Below, piece after piece: positions 30,211 through 41,192 of a stretch of DNA of 59,474 bases; the first letter of the stretch is position 1, and every line of letters begins with the position of its first letter. The notes under the pieces were generated by a model. The model was not told where the DNA came from. It saw only the letters and a list, made by a program, of their open reading frames with translations, and ran no database searches. The stretch spans positions 1 through 59,474 of the forward strand of contig CAOJNP010000004.1 of NCBI GenBank assembly GCA_948439995.1. Reading direction: 5' to 3'. Made by a program: the position numbers and the translations under genes. This DNA comes from an uncultured Erysipelotrichaceae bacterium. Its GTDB lineage: Bacteria; Bacillota_I; Bacilli_A; RF39; UBA660.

Positions 30211-31716
30211 ATGAAAAAATTGTTTCTATCAGTATTGGCTTGTTCTAGTATAATTTTGACTACGAATTATGTTCATGCGAAAGAAATCATACCAGAAGAA
30301 TCTAATCTAGTAGTGAATCCAAACAAAGTGGTCCAACTGGAAGAGGTAAAAAAATTAATACCTGATCAAATTAAATTAAACATGAAAGATACGGATCTTT
30401 TTCAAAATGAAGAAACTATGTTTGATAGTATTCTTTATGAAAAAGGAAAAACATTTATAAATTCTATTTTAAGAGCAAATGTAGAATTTGTAACTGAAAC
30501 AATTACGAGTGGTAATTATACTTATGAGCAGGAAAATTTTATAGTAAATGGAACTAAAATGTATTTTGATCTTTTTGTAACTGATTGGCGTACTATTGAA
30601 TTATCGATTTATGAAAGAAAATCACCAGATTTTTATCATTGTAGTAGTGAAGAAGAATGTAAGGATAAAGATATTGAAAAAACACTTCAATTTCGAAAAA
30701 AATTACAAGTAGTATATATCAATCATGATCAATTTGATCCAACTATAGAAGCATATGTAAAAAATGCTATTCAAAATGTAAATTTTAACAAAATTAGTAG
30801 TAACTTCAATTTAGAATATGAAGAATCATTTCATCAATTTAAAGACTATGTTAAGAAAAATATAAATGATGATTCTTTGCAACTTTATTTTTCTAGTTTT
30901 ACAGGTGGAGGGGATGGAGATTATTCAGTACAAGGAATTATGATAGCAATTGCTAAAAATGGAGTTGTTTATGAAGTTGTTCCAGGGTATGATGTTACTT
31001 TTAATGCTGTTATGATTCCAGAACATATTATAGATACTGATGAAGCATATATTCAATATGCTTTACCCAAAATCGAAGAAATTTGGAATCAATATTCTAT
31101 TTTGAATGTATCTAAATTAGCTGATCCAATTATTTCTGTATTTGATACAGAAATAACAAATGATGGGACTTTTTATAAAATTTTACTAAGTGGAGATGCA
31201 TGCAGTGATTCAGAGGAATGTTTTGCCAGAGTGATTTTAAAAAAAGAAAATAAGACCAAAGTAATTGATCATATTTCCATTTCAAATGATGCTAATATAA
31301 CATTAAAAGCAACAAAAATGGACAGAAATAGTAGTATTTATCAAGAAATGTTTGAAAAAGCAAAGTTAAATGGATTTTCTAATTTATTTGGGGCATACGA
31401 ATTAAGTTTCATTAGTGGAAATATCAAAGATGGTCTCGATATTACTTTCAGTTTAGGAGAACAATACAATGGAATCAATGCTTATGTTTTGCATCAAAAA
31501 AGTGATGGAACTTATGAAGAATTTAGAAAGAAAGTAGAAAATGGAACGATTGTAATTACGGTTTTTGAATTATCTCCATTTCTTATTTCTTTGGATGAAA
31601 CTCCAAATAATGTTCAAACGTCTTCTTTAAATGTTTTGTTTTATAGTATTATATCAGCTAGTTCTTTGTTTTTCATTGTATTCTTACAATTTAAAAAGAA
31701 AATGAAAAGAATTTAA
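30211..31716 (+). CDS. Surface protein with signal peptide and C-terminal anchor
   Basis: Signal peptide ending VHA; ELSPF motif; PNNVQT, TM helix and basic tail. Confidence 0.7.
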   Translation: MKKLFLSVLACSSIILTTNYVHAKEIIPEESNLVVNPNKVVQLEEVKKLIPDQIKLNMKDTDLFQNEETMFDSILYEKGKTFINSILRANVEFVTETITSGNYTYEQENFIVNGTKMYFDLFVTDWRTIELSIYERKSPDFYHCSSEEECKDKDIEKTLQFRKKLQVVYINHDQFDPTIEAYVKNAIQNVNFNKISSNFNLEYEESFHQFKDYVKKNINDDSLQLYFSSFTGGGDGDYSVQGIMIAIAKNGVVYEVVPGYDVTFNAVMIPEHIIDTDEAYIQYALPKIEEIWNQYSILNVSKLADPIISVFDTEITNDGTFYKILLSGDACSDSEECFARVILKKENKTKVIDHISISNDANITLKATKMDRNSSIYQEMFEKAKLNGFSNLFGAYELSFISGNIKDGLDITFSLGEQYNGINAYVLHQKSDGTYEEFRKKVENGTIVITVFELSPFLISLDETPNNVQTSSLNVLFYSIISASSLFFIVFLQFKKKMKRI

Positions 31717-31828
31717 AAAAGCAAAAATAGATATCTGTTTTTCAATCGTTATCTATTTTTTTGTCATTATTTGCGAATATTATTTTCTTTTTTTAAAATC
31801 TTTGGTATATTTTTGTAACCAGGTAATT

Positions 31829-32965
31829 ATGAAAATCATTGAAATCAAAACAGTAGAGGATTTTGAACAATTAAGAAAATTAAATAAAAAGGAATCTGTT
31901 TTACTAAAAATTTATGATCCGATGTCTAAAGTACAACTCTCATCGATTGATTTAAAAGGATTTCGAGGAAGGATTACTGTTTCTTTTCAGAATTCAAAGC
32001 ATCCATATTACTTTAATGTAATAGTTGAAAATGAAAATGGGAACACTTTTATATTTTCCAATGTTAATAGTAGTATTATTTATCTTGATCAAGGAAATAT
32101 GAAGTTTTTTATCAGGTGCAACCGAAAATCTATGGGATAACAGAAGATGCAGATTTTAATTCTTTACCAAAAAGATTATTACCAAAAACAAAATTAATTT
32201 TGCAACAGGATCTTGTTTTAAAGCAACGAATTTTACCTTCTTTAAGATGTAATATTGGATGGTAATAATCATACTATTTACGCGACCAAAGAAATTATTA
32301 TTTCTTGGAATTAATGTGGAATAACATTTCAAAATGTTTGTTTTCAAGAAATAGATCACGTTTTACCCATTCAAAATTTTTCAGATTTAGGGAACATTTT
32401 AAAATATTCAAACGATCGATTTGTTGCATATTTAACACAAAATATTAAACAGAAATGGATTACTCCAGTTTCATTAGAAGGCTTTTATGGAACCCTTATT
32501 TTACTTGGAAACGGATATGTATTAGATCATGTGCAATTAAAAAATAATCATGAGAATTCCATTGGATTAATTTCTTCTATTTCTAATTATACCAATTTTT
32601 TTTGTAAAGATTTTCATATTGTTCATCTCACTTTTCCAAAAGCAAATAAAAAAAAGATAGGGACAATTTTAGGAGAAAAAAAGTTTATCCAAATAAGTAT
32701 GTCACTGCTCCAGGTTATATATTTCAAAATTGTAATGTAAAAAATTCTTATATTCCTAATTTTTTACAAGCAGGTGTGTGTAGGAGAAGCTGATGAATTT
32801 ATTGAATTTATTCAATGTGGTACAGAACATATTTTAGAAATTTCAAATACGAAATTTATGTCACTTCCATATTTTGATGAAAGTCATTGTTTTTGTGCTA
32901 AGCATTATGATGGAAGAAAACGAATTGTCATTCCATCAAAAAGATATCGAAAAGAAATCAAGTGA
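31829..32965 (+). pseudogene. Fragmented hypothetical gene
   Basis: Several short same-strand ORF fragments (31802-32140, 32531-32740, 32774-32965) span about 1.1 kb. Confidence 0.45.
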
Positions 32966-33008
32966 ATTTTTTAAATTGTATTACATAACTATTATTAAGG
33001 AGTGTAAT

Positions 33009-33330
33009 ATGTTTTTAATTCAATTATTTAAAAGTCTTTTCTTTTTTACTGGATCCTATTCGAATCAAGTTTTTCCGGATCCACTTAGTTTAGAAGAAGA
33101 AGAAAAGTGTATTGATTCTATGTTAGCTGGAAATTTAGATGCTCGTAATCAATTAATTGAACATAATTTAAGATTAGTAGCTCATATTGTAAAAAAATTT
33201 GAAACAAAAGATACAGATACTGATGATTTAATTAGTATTGGTACCATTGGACTTATTAAAGGAATTGATTCTTACAATAAAGAGAAAGCAACGCGAATTA
33301 CTACTTATGTAGCACGATGTATTGAAAATG
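33009..33330 (+). CDS. sigK: Pro-sigma-K, 5' half (spoIVCB-like)
   Basis: AAGGAG RBS; hydrophobic pro-sequence; LIEHNLRLVAHIVKKF, DDLISIGTIGLIK, TYVARCIEN then diverges. Confidence 0.95.
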
Positions 33331-33340
33331 CAGTACTCAC

Positions 33341-33841
33341 ATGATGGAAATTAATGTATTGATTAGTGATCTATTCTATAGATTAAAAGATACAATAGAA
33401 ACAGAAATAATAATTAAATCTACTCCTACATGGAAAATAGATTCTATAAATAAAGATAGTAGCATAGGAGAACAGATCAAGTATTATCGTAGACTTGCAG
33501 GGTATAAACAACCTGAATTAAGTTTAAAACTTGGATTTACTAGACAAGCACTCCATCATTTAGAAAATCAAGAAATGAAACTTGTAGATATTAGATTATT
33601 AAAAGGTGTTATAGAAGAACTTGGAATTGAAGATAAAATAATTATTAATGATGACTACATAAAATTTTTACTTAATGATCCATGTAAAAATATTATTAAT
33701 ATAAGAGAACGTATGAATTTAACTAGACAAGAATTTGCTAATATGTTAGAGGTGTCTATTACATCAGTTAGAAGATGGGAAAATGGCAATAGTCATATAT
33801 CTAGAAATAAGTATGATAAACTAAAAAAATGTATGAGTTAG
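33341..33841 (+). CDS. Double XRE-type HTH protein
   Basis: IGEQIKYYRRLAGYKQPELS...LEN and IRERMNLTRQEFANMLEVSITSVRRWENG. Confidence 0.85.
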   Translation: MMEINVLISDLFYRLKDTIETEIIIKSTPTWKIDSINKDSSIGEQIKYYRRLAGYKQPELSLKLGFTRQALHHLENQEMKLVDIRLLKGVIEELGIEDKIIINDDYIKFLLNDPCKNIINIRERMNLTRQEFANMLEVSITSVRRWENGNSHISRNKYDKLKKCMS

Positions 33842-34035
33842 TCGCTCGTACATTCTTTTTTTGCTTCTTCTTCAAGATGATCTAAAACTAAATTTAAAAC
33901 TTTTTCTTTAGAAGAATCATTTATTTTTAGATTTTTAATTTTTTCTAGCATAAGTGTTGCATGGAATCTAGCCACACCATTTGCTAATACTTTCCTTTCC
34001 TCAGGTGTTTGTGGTAAATTGACAAAGACTTTCAA
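33838..34035 (-). CDS. Small hypothetical protein
   Basis: AGGAGG RBS, TTG start, 65 aa. Confidence 0.6.
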   Translation of the reverse strand: MKVFVNLPQTPEERKVLANGVARFHATLMLEKIKNLKINDSSKEKVLNLVLDHLEEEAKKECTSD

Positions 34036-34082
34036 GCAAACACCTCCTATAGTAAAATATATGAATTTTATTAAGGTTAATT

Positions 34083-35635
34083 CTATTTATCTTTTCTAAC
34101 TTTAAAATAGTTAGGATCTTCTGCTTCTTTTTCTTCTACATATTCGTTTACTAGTTTATCTCCATCAATTTCTAATTCATCATCTCCAATATCATATCTT
34201 CTATGAATATCAGACATTGTTTTTCTTGTAATTTCAAATGGTTTTAAAATTACTGGTTCAATTTCACTATCAATATTAAATACTTGTACGACATTATGGT
34301 TTCCATCTACAAACATACCAGCGATTCCATCTTTTAATAAATCATGGGCATCTGTATTTTCTAATATAATTTTAGATAAAATATCATCAGCAAATCCACA
34401 AAACTTAAATTTTAAATTTGAGTTAATTTGAGGTGGTATAATATCAGCTGATAATCTTTGACTATTTATGCACAAATGCACACCAGTTGCACGACCTTTA
34501 CGAGCGATTTCTTTTAATCTTTCTATACAATCTAAATATTCTTCTTTTGCTTCTTTTGATAAGCTTTTAACATCTATATCAAATACATCAGCAGCTTCTT
34601 CTAGGACTAGAAAAATATGCTTTCTAGGTTGTACTGGATTTTTAAATTTATTAAATGAATCTATGTTATAGCATGGAAATTTTAATTCATCTGTTCTATT
34701 TAAATGGATTTCATAAACCATTTTAACCATGTTTTGAAATCCTATTATACTATTAACAATCGTACAATTTTTTAATCTTTTCCAAATTCCAGTATAATCA
34801 ATTTTCTTGCCATCATAGATAAAAAGCTCACAATTTTGTCTTAATGCCTGATAGCAAATTGATTTTTGAACTATGCTCTTACCTGCACCAGTTGCCCCCC
34901 TAATTTTTCGTGTATTAGCTTTTTTGTATTCCAAATATATGGCTCATCAAAATTATTGATTCCAAGATTAAACTTTGGACTACCAGCTTTATAAGAAATA
35001 AGAAATTTATCATTCCAATTAATAGTTTCAGGATTAGATGGATCTAATTTACTTAAATTTATTAAGACTTTATTAGAAGCATGTGGTCTAACTCCCTTAA
35101 CATATTTTTTATCTAGAAAATTTTGTATTAGTTCTTGATTATTAATAAATTCATCTGTTTTTTTACTATTCTTATAAATTAACCAAAACTCATTATTTTT
35201 ATTGTTTGGATTAGGATACATAACAATCGTTTTAGGAGCTAAACCTTTGATTTTGTCATCACTAGTTTTAGGCATTAATGCTTTAACTAATTGTTCATCT
35301 TTTTCTTCATATTTAATTGGTTTAAAAAATAATTTACATATCACTATAATAGGAATTATTGATAGAACATGGATCAAAATATAAAATAAATTTATTTTCT
35401 TTCCTAAAAGTGTATTTAGTAATGGAATTTGTAAATTAACTTTATTTATATAGGGGATTATATTTAAATTCAAATTAAACATCAATAACATATATATTGT
35501 TAAGAATAATATACAAATCTTTATAATATAGCTTTTCCAGTTATGATATATTTGTAAAAATATTGTTTCTAGCTTTCTATATATACTAGATAAACTAAAT
35601 CTCTTTTTCTTCATGATCTTTGTTCTCCTTTTCAT
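34083..35635 (-). pseudogene. FtsK/SpoIIIE (TcpA-like) membrane ATPase split by a frameshift
   Basis: Two TM helices in 34871-35635; GATGAGKS, LVLEEAAD, ARKGRATGVHL..SQR in 34083-34934. One extra G in the G6 run (C6 at 34895-34900) joins them as IHEKLGGATGAGKS. Confidence 0.8.
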
Positions 35636-36662
35636 TTATTAGTTTATTTTCTTCCATTTTATTTTTAGTAATTTCATTAGTCCAACCCTCTTTTTTAGTT
35701 TCCTTATGAACTATTATATTAGGCGATCCATCAGAATTTTTTCTAAACTCAAAAATGTTGTGAATGCGTCTACACCACGCACTATAAGTTGATGGATTCA
35801 TAACTCTATCATAAGCATAAATATTATCAAAACATTCGTTCGTACAAAAGTAAATATGTTCATACATTGCGATTTTATTATTGTACCTAGCACTTAAATT
35901 TAGTACTGGAAATCGATCAGTTAGAATCAACATTAATTCGATAGGAATTTGACCTTTAAACTCATCAAATAAGATTACAGATTGACCTGCATACCCATCC
36001 CATAACGAATTTAAATTTTGATAATTATAGATCCTAAAAATATCTTTTGCATTATATCTAGAATAGACATAGGTTGTCTTATAGGTAGCTGTCGCCCCAT
36101 ATATAAAAGTACAATCAATATTTCTAAATTCTGTTGAATATTTTTCTTTTAAATATTCTTGCCTAATATTCTCTATATCTTTTAAATGAAATAATAAATT
36201 TTCATTTTCTTCAATAATTTCTAAATTAGTTTTTCCATCTTTAATTTTTTGTAATACCTCTGCTTTTTCAGAAAGCCTTTTTTCCTTTACTGACATAGGG
36301 ATCTCTCCAGCTTCTTCAAAATCAATTAAAGTTTCGTTTTTATCTATGTACTTATCTGTTTTCATAAGATAATTTCGATTGTCAGTTGCACTTCCAAGAG
36401 CTTGTTCGATATGGGCATATTTGAATCTTTTTTTACAAGTTGAAAATCTTACAGGGCTATTACATTTAAAATAAGCATGATAATGTGGAGTTTTTTCTTT
36501 AATTCCTATTTCTTCTGATATACAAAAATAAATAGGTTTAAATTTTAAAATAGTTTCTTTAAAACTTTCTCTAGTAATGTTATATTTACTAGGATTATTC
36601 TGTGTAATTTGATAGGATCTAGATTGACTATCTTTTTTAACTTTACTAGCTATAAAAACCAC
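35595..36662 (-). CDS. CRESS/pCRESS-like rolling-circle Rep (HUH endonuclease plus SF3 helicase)
   Basis: Motif I ITQNNP, motif II PHYHAY, motif III NYLMK, Walker A-like GATATYKT, WDGY, Walker B LFDEF, motif C FCTN. Start codon is uncertain because the GTG overlaps the RBS. Confidence 0.88.
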   Translation of the reverse strand: MVFIASKVKKDSQSRSYQITQNNPSKYNITRESFKETILKFKPIYFCISEEIGIKEKTPHYHAYFKCNSPVRFSTCKKRFKYAHIEQALGSATDNRNYLMKTDKYIDKNETLIDFEEAGEIPMSVKEKRLSEKAEVLQKIKDGKTNLEIIEENENLLFHLKDIENIRQEYLKEKYSTEFRNIDCTFIYGATATYKTTYVYSRYNAKDIFRIYNYQNLNSLWDGYAGQSVILFDEFKGQIPIELMLILTDRFPVLNLSARYNNKIAMYEHIYFCTNECFDNIYAYDRVMNPSTYSAWCRRIHNIFEFRKNSDGSPNIIVHKETKKEGWTNEITKNKMEENKLINEKENKDHEEKEI

Positions 36663-36688
36663 TCCTTTATAAAAAAATTTTAAATGTC

Positions 36689-36780
36689 GCTACATTGCTA
36701 CAAACTATGCTATAAGGTAATACTATACTTATAGCATGGGGCTACGTAAGGCTTAACGCCTTACTTGCCCTCACTATAAA
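36689..36780 (-). other. Rolling-circle origin/nick site: stem-loop with TAGTATTAC nonanucleotide
   Basis: ATGCTATAAG (36707-16) and CTTATAGCAT (36728-37) form the stem; the loop reads TATAGTATTAC on the minus strand. GCTACA repeats and a second hairpin GTAAGGC/GCCTTAC are adjacent, directly upstream of rep. Confidence 0.85.
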
Positions 36781-36790
36781 TATTTAATGT

Positions 36791-36985
36791 TTAGCTATTG
36801 TTAGACATTTTGATCTTTTGATTATGATTGTTTCCATAAGTCATAATTGCAAGTTCAATTTCAGCAGAGTCTAGAAATACTTTCTTTTCGTATGTTGGAG
36901 TTAATTGAATAATTACTACTACATATTCATTTCCAGTTTTCTCACTCACACGTGTTTCAATTCTACATGGTAGATCTAATTTCAT
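36791..36985 (-). CDS. Small protein upstream of rep (possible ssDNA-binding protein)
   Basis: AAGGA RBS; SEKTGNEY beta-hairpin-like motif. Function inferred from position only. Confidence 0.5.
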   Translation of the reverse strand: MKLDLPCRIETRVSEKTGNEYVVVIIQLTPTYEKKVFLDSAEIELAIMTYGNNHNQKIKMSNNS

Positions 36986-37259
36986 ACTTATATTTTCCTT
37001 TCTACATTTAGCTTACCTTGTTGGGATCAAGTTAATATAAACTAAATGACTTTATTTATTTTTCCCTAATTTCCTTATTCAAGAGAATTGTTTAGCTACT
37101 TTAAATATGTTATAATATCTCTTGAAATCAAGCTTTTTTATAGGCCTATATCTCTGCTTGATAGCTATATCTTACCATAGGCGAATATGGTAAATATATT
37201 TGTAAAAATGGGTATTTATTAAATTTATTTTGGTATATATAAGAAAGGAGTTCTATTTG

Positions 37260-37850
37260 ATGTTAGAAATTAAAAGAAAAGAAAGAATAAAAGAAATATT
37301 TTCTATTGATGAAGATAAAAAAGAACATGTAGATAGTATAAATCATGCAGTAAAAGAGGTTTCTAGAAATCGTGTTAGATACTTACGAAAAAGTTTAGGA
37401 TTAAGTGTTGGCGAATTTTTAGATGAAATTGATGGCTTTAGTGAAGAAACTCTACAATCTATTGAAAAAGGAAATTGTGGCTTAACTTTAGATAAAGCTT
37501 TAAAAATTTCTCAAAAACATGAGGTTAGTTTAGATTATTTATTTGGAATAAGTGATTATATGAGCGAAAATGAAATAGCTTTAGAAAAAGCATTTGAATA
37601 CATTTTTGATATTCAATTTCCTTTATTCGATAATGAATCAGATCCTACACTAGTAGTAAATTTCTCTACAAATAAATATTTATTAGAATACTTTTATCAT
37701 AAAAAATTACTAGAACACCAAAAAGAAAATAAAGAGATTACAATAGAAGAATTTGATCTTGAAATTGAAAATTTAAGAAATAAATATTTTGAATTGATTA
37801 AGTCACCTATAGTAAAAAATGTAAAGTATAATTGCACTAAAATTGATTAA
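37260..37850 (+). CDS. XRE family transcriptional regulator
   Basis: RVRYLRKSLGLS...IEKG...VSLDYLFG. Confidence 0.85.
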   Translation: MLEIKRKERIKEIFSIDEDKKEHVDSINHAVKEVSRNRVRYLRKSLGLSVGEFLDEIDGFSEETLQSIEKGNCGLTLDKALKISQKHEVSLDYLFGISDYMSENEIALEKAFEYIFDIQFPLFDNESDPTLVVNFSTNKYLLEYFYHKKLLEHQKENKEITIEEFDLEIENLRNKYFELIKSPIVKNVKYNCTKID

Positions 37851-37899
37851 TATTTAATTATAAAAAAATTATAGACTTTTTGATCTATAATTTTTATTT

Positions 37900-38367
37900 T
37901 TATCCTATTCTAATTAAGCAACCATCTTTACTAGCAATTCTAATATCACCAAATTCAGAGCAATCAGGATCAGACAAATTATACGTATATGTAGAAATCA
38001 TGTATATATCGGCTTTTCTATAATCATATCCATAGTAAAATAATCTTTCAGTATTCCAATACATTTTTATATCTCCTACACATAGCAAAGATAAACAATT
38101 GCCAAAACTAAATCTTTCTTCTACACAATAATAAACAACATGATCATATTCATTTTCAAAATCAGAAACTAATTTTTTATATTCAGGTAATAAATCTAAA
38201 TCAATCAGTTCATTATTTCTACACACTTTTGTTTTTCCTTGCTCAAAATCATTTAAGATAATAGGATCTAAATTAAATGTTTTTGATAACTTTTTTAATC
38301 TTCTTTTTGCTTCTTCTATTTGTTGTTCTTTTGATATATTTCTACTCATGATACCAATTCCTTTCAA
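37900..38367 (-). CDS. Hypothetical protein
   Basis: 155-aa ORF ending SEFGDI...LIRIG. Confidence 0.65.
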   Translation of the reverse strand: MKGIGIMSRNISKEQQIEEAKRRLKKLSKTFNLDPIILNDFEQGKTKVCRNNELIDLDLLPEYKKLVSDFENEYDHVVYYCVEERFSFGNCLSLLCVGDIKMYWNTERLFYYGYDYRKADIYMISTYTYNLSDPDCSEFGDIRIASKDGCLIRIG

Positions 38368-38596
38368 TTATTTTATTTATCAACATTAACTAGTATTTCG
38401 TTGACAAATAAATGGTATCATAAGTATTAATGGTAAATAAATTTTGAAAATAGGTATTTATTAAAAATGTTTTGGTATATTTTAAAATTTATATGTTTTA
38501 TAAAAAAATTATGGATCAATTTATAAATCCATAACTTTTTTTCATGCAGTAACTAACGAAATTTAAAATCATAATCTATTTAAACATTAATAAATA

Positions 38597-38866
38597 TTAA
38601 AGTTTACGATCAACAAAAAACTCTTTAATGTCTATTTCTAAAACACGAGAGATCCTATATAGTACGGCGATACTAAAAGATTGTTGAACTTTAGTAGATT
38701 CTATATTACTAATTAGACTATGGCTTAAATCACATTTTTCTGCAAGTTGTTCTTGTGTCATTTTCCCATACGAACTATATTTACTATTATTATGAAGTCT
38801 AAAATATTTTATATTCTTACTAACTAATTCATAAATATATCTGTCATCTTCAGGACTAAAATTCAT
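38597..38866 (-). CDS. XRE family HTH regulator
   Basis: MTQEQLAEKCDLSHSLISNIES. Confidence 0.88.
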   Translation of the reverse strand: MNFSPEDDRYIYELVSKNIKYFRLHNNSKYSSYGKMTQEQLAEKCDLSHSLISNIESTKVQQSFSIAVLYRISRVLEIDIKEFFVDRKL

Positions 38867-39016
38867 ATTATCACCACCTATATATATTTTCTCATTTATA
38901 GTAGATGTTTATAATATTCTTATTATAGATAAATGTTCTATAATAAGTGGCTTTCTGTGAAAAGTTATGTTATACTTATATTGAACTGATGGAGTTTAAA
39001 AAGTGAGAGGTGAAAA

Positions 39017-39694
39017 ATGATAAGTAGAATACTTAAAAAACTATTAAAGGCATTTTGCTATTTTATGATACTTGGACTTATATTCCAATATTTTCCTTTA
39101 TTATACATTCCTATATCGTTGTACTTAATTTTTAAATTATATAAAAATGATTTTTTTACTAAATTTTTAATAAAATATAAAATAAAAAAAGAATATAAAA
39201 ACATAAAATTTATAAATAAAATTAATTTATATGAAAATTTCAAAGAATATAACGAAGAAAATTTTGATAAAAATATATATGAATACAAAAAACACTTTAT
39301 ATGTTTATCAAAAAATAAGGTATCTATAATTGGCTATAACTCTATAAAAAATGAATTATATAAAAAAGATTTTGAGATCAATAATATAGAAGAAATATAT
39401 TTTGAAAATTCAACTGATGTTTATACATATACTACTTTTGATACAAAAACATATTATAGAACGATAACTACTCAATATAATTCATATACTGAAACTGTTA
39501 ATGAGCGAACACCTACTACAGCGAAAGGTTATAGAAAAGATTTTGGCTATGTAAATATTATATTTCAAGATATAGAAGAAAATGGAATAATGTTTGACTT
39601 TGGAAGACATAAAGATAGATATACAATACCTATAAAATTTAGAAGAATTTGTAGAAGAATTGGAATAAAAAATATATCAAAAATTCAATTATAA
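39017..39694 (+). CDS. Hypothetical membrane protein (element cargo)
   Basis: GAGGTG RBS; N-terminal hydrophobic segment. Confidence 0.65.
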   Translation: MISRILKKLLKAFCYFMILGLIFQYFPLLYIPISLYLIFKLYKNDFFTKFLIKYKIKKEYKNIKFINKINLYENFKEYNEENFDKNIYEYKKHFICLSKNKVSIIGYNSIKNELYKKDFEINNIEEIYFENSTDVYTYTTFDTKTYYRTITTQYNSYTETVNERTPTTAKGYRKDFGYVNIIFQDIEENGIMFDFGRHKDRYTIPIKFRRICRRIGIKNISKIQL

Positions 39695-39715
39695 AAAAGA
39701 AAGAGGTAAAAGAAA

Positions 39716-40249
39716 ATGAAAAAGATAAAATATTTAAGTCTAATTATGATAATAGCTTTCATGCTAACAGGTTGTGGTGGCAGTTCTGAAAAGGTAGTTT
39801 TGGCTAATGTAGTACATCCTACATCAGCAGAATACAATTATTATACGTTTAACGAAGTGAAAAATTTTGATAAAGTTTCTGTTAGTGGAATTAAATTAAA
39901 ACATAAAGAAAATAAAGTAAATAATAATAAAACACTTGGTGGAGATGTGGAATATGAATTTACTATAAAAAATACATCCAAAGAAACGATAGATAATATT
40001 GGTTATATGCTTTTCTTAAAAGATTCTAATGGAAGATCATTTGCAATTAGAGGAAAAGAAACAATAAGTTTAAAAGCAGGAGAAAAAACAAAAATAAAAG
40101 TATCTAGTATGTGGTGTAAAGATGATTGCGATAAATCAACTACTCAAATGCTTTTTATAGATGATTACAACAAAGATTATGCTACTTTAAACGTATATCA
40201 ATTAATTAGTACAAATTCAGATCAAACAATTAATACATCTGAATTATAA
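39716..40249 (+). CDS. Lipoprotein (element cargo)
   Basis: Lipobox LTGC; Ig-like beta pattern (FTIKNTS...SLKAGEK). Confidence 0.8.
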   Translation: MKKIKYLSLIMIIAFMLTGCGGSSEKVVLANVVHPTSAEYNYYTFNEVKNFDKVSVSGIKLKHKENKVNNNKTLGGDVEYEFTIKNTSKETIDNIGYMLFLKDSNGRSFAIRGKETISLKAGEKTKIKVSSMWCKDDCDKSTTQMLFIDDYNKDYATLNVYQLISTNSDQTINTSEL

Positions 40250-40269
40250 AAAGAAAGGAAGAATAGAAA

Positions 40270-41076
40270 ATGAAAAATGTAAAATATTTAAGTTTAATTA
40301 TGATTATGGCTTTAATGCTAACAGGTTGTGGAGATAAAGAAAATTCTAGTGGTGGAATTGATAATGTAAGTAATAAGAAAGTAGAATATTATAGTGAAGC
40401 TGAAACAATTTATTTTAATGCAGAAACAGGAAAGATATGTAATGATTATAAAGAAGAAAATAGCGAACGTTCAAATACTAATGGTTGTTTAAAATGGTAT
40501 TTATATAGTGATAATGGAGATAAAACTGTTAATCTTCTTTTAGATCATAATATATCTAACTCTATTGCTTGGAATACTAGAGAAAATCTAGTAAATGGTC
40601 CAAGTGATGAATTACTAACAACATTAAAAGAAAATACTAAAAAATGGACTGGTGTAGATGATCGAAAAGATCAATATACATTAAATTTGGGAGAAATCAA
40701 TTACACAATAGATTATAAAGGATATAAAGCAAGATTAATCTCTGGAGAAGAAATCAAAGAAATTGTAAAAGATACCTCATCAAATCAAAATGGAGATATT
40801 TATTTTGACAAATCTACTTGTAAATTTGATAGAGACTCTACTCCTAAATGCCAATATGGATGGTTATTTGATAGAACACAAAGCGATTGTAAAAATTATG
40901 GTTGCTTCAATGAGGGTGGTAGTTCTTATTGGACTAGTACAGCTTATTCAAATGATAGTTATAAAACAGCTTATAGAGTTTATTTAGGATTCTTAAGTCC
41001 TACTACTATTGATTCAAAAGATATTAGTATTGGAATTAGACCAGTAATAACAATAGATAAATCTCTAGTTAAATAA
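40270..41076 (+). CDS. Lipoprotein with a DUF6273/CLec-like C-terminus (element cargo)
   Basis: Lipobox LTGC; LLLDHN, ARLIS.EEI, YWTST, GIRPVI. Confidence 0.7.
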   Translation: MKNVKYLSLIMIMALMLTGCGDKENSSGGIDNVSNKKVEYYSEAETIYFNAETGKICNDYKEENSERSNTNGCLKWYLYSDNGDKTVNLLLDHNISNSIAWNTRENLVNGPSDELLTTLKENTKKWTGVDDRKDQYTLNLGEINYTIDYKGYKARLISGEEIKEIVKDTSSNQNGDIYFDKSTCKFDRDSTPKCQYGWLFDRTQSDCKNYGCFNEGGSSYWTSTAYSNDSYKTAYRVYLGFLSPTTIDSKDISIGIRPVITIDKSLVK

Positions 41077-41192
41077 TGATAGAATTGGACTTTATAAAAT
41101 AAAAGTCTTTTTCTTTTGCTTTAATCTATCTATTATTTCACTTTTGTGATATACTATATTAAGTTGATACATGTTGGAAAGGAATTGAAATT

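Noticed and set aside
32874-33008. N-terminal extension of sigK in the ORF track
   Set aside because: The AAGGAG RBS and pro-sigma-K-like start support ATG 33009.
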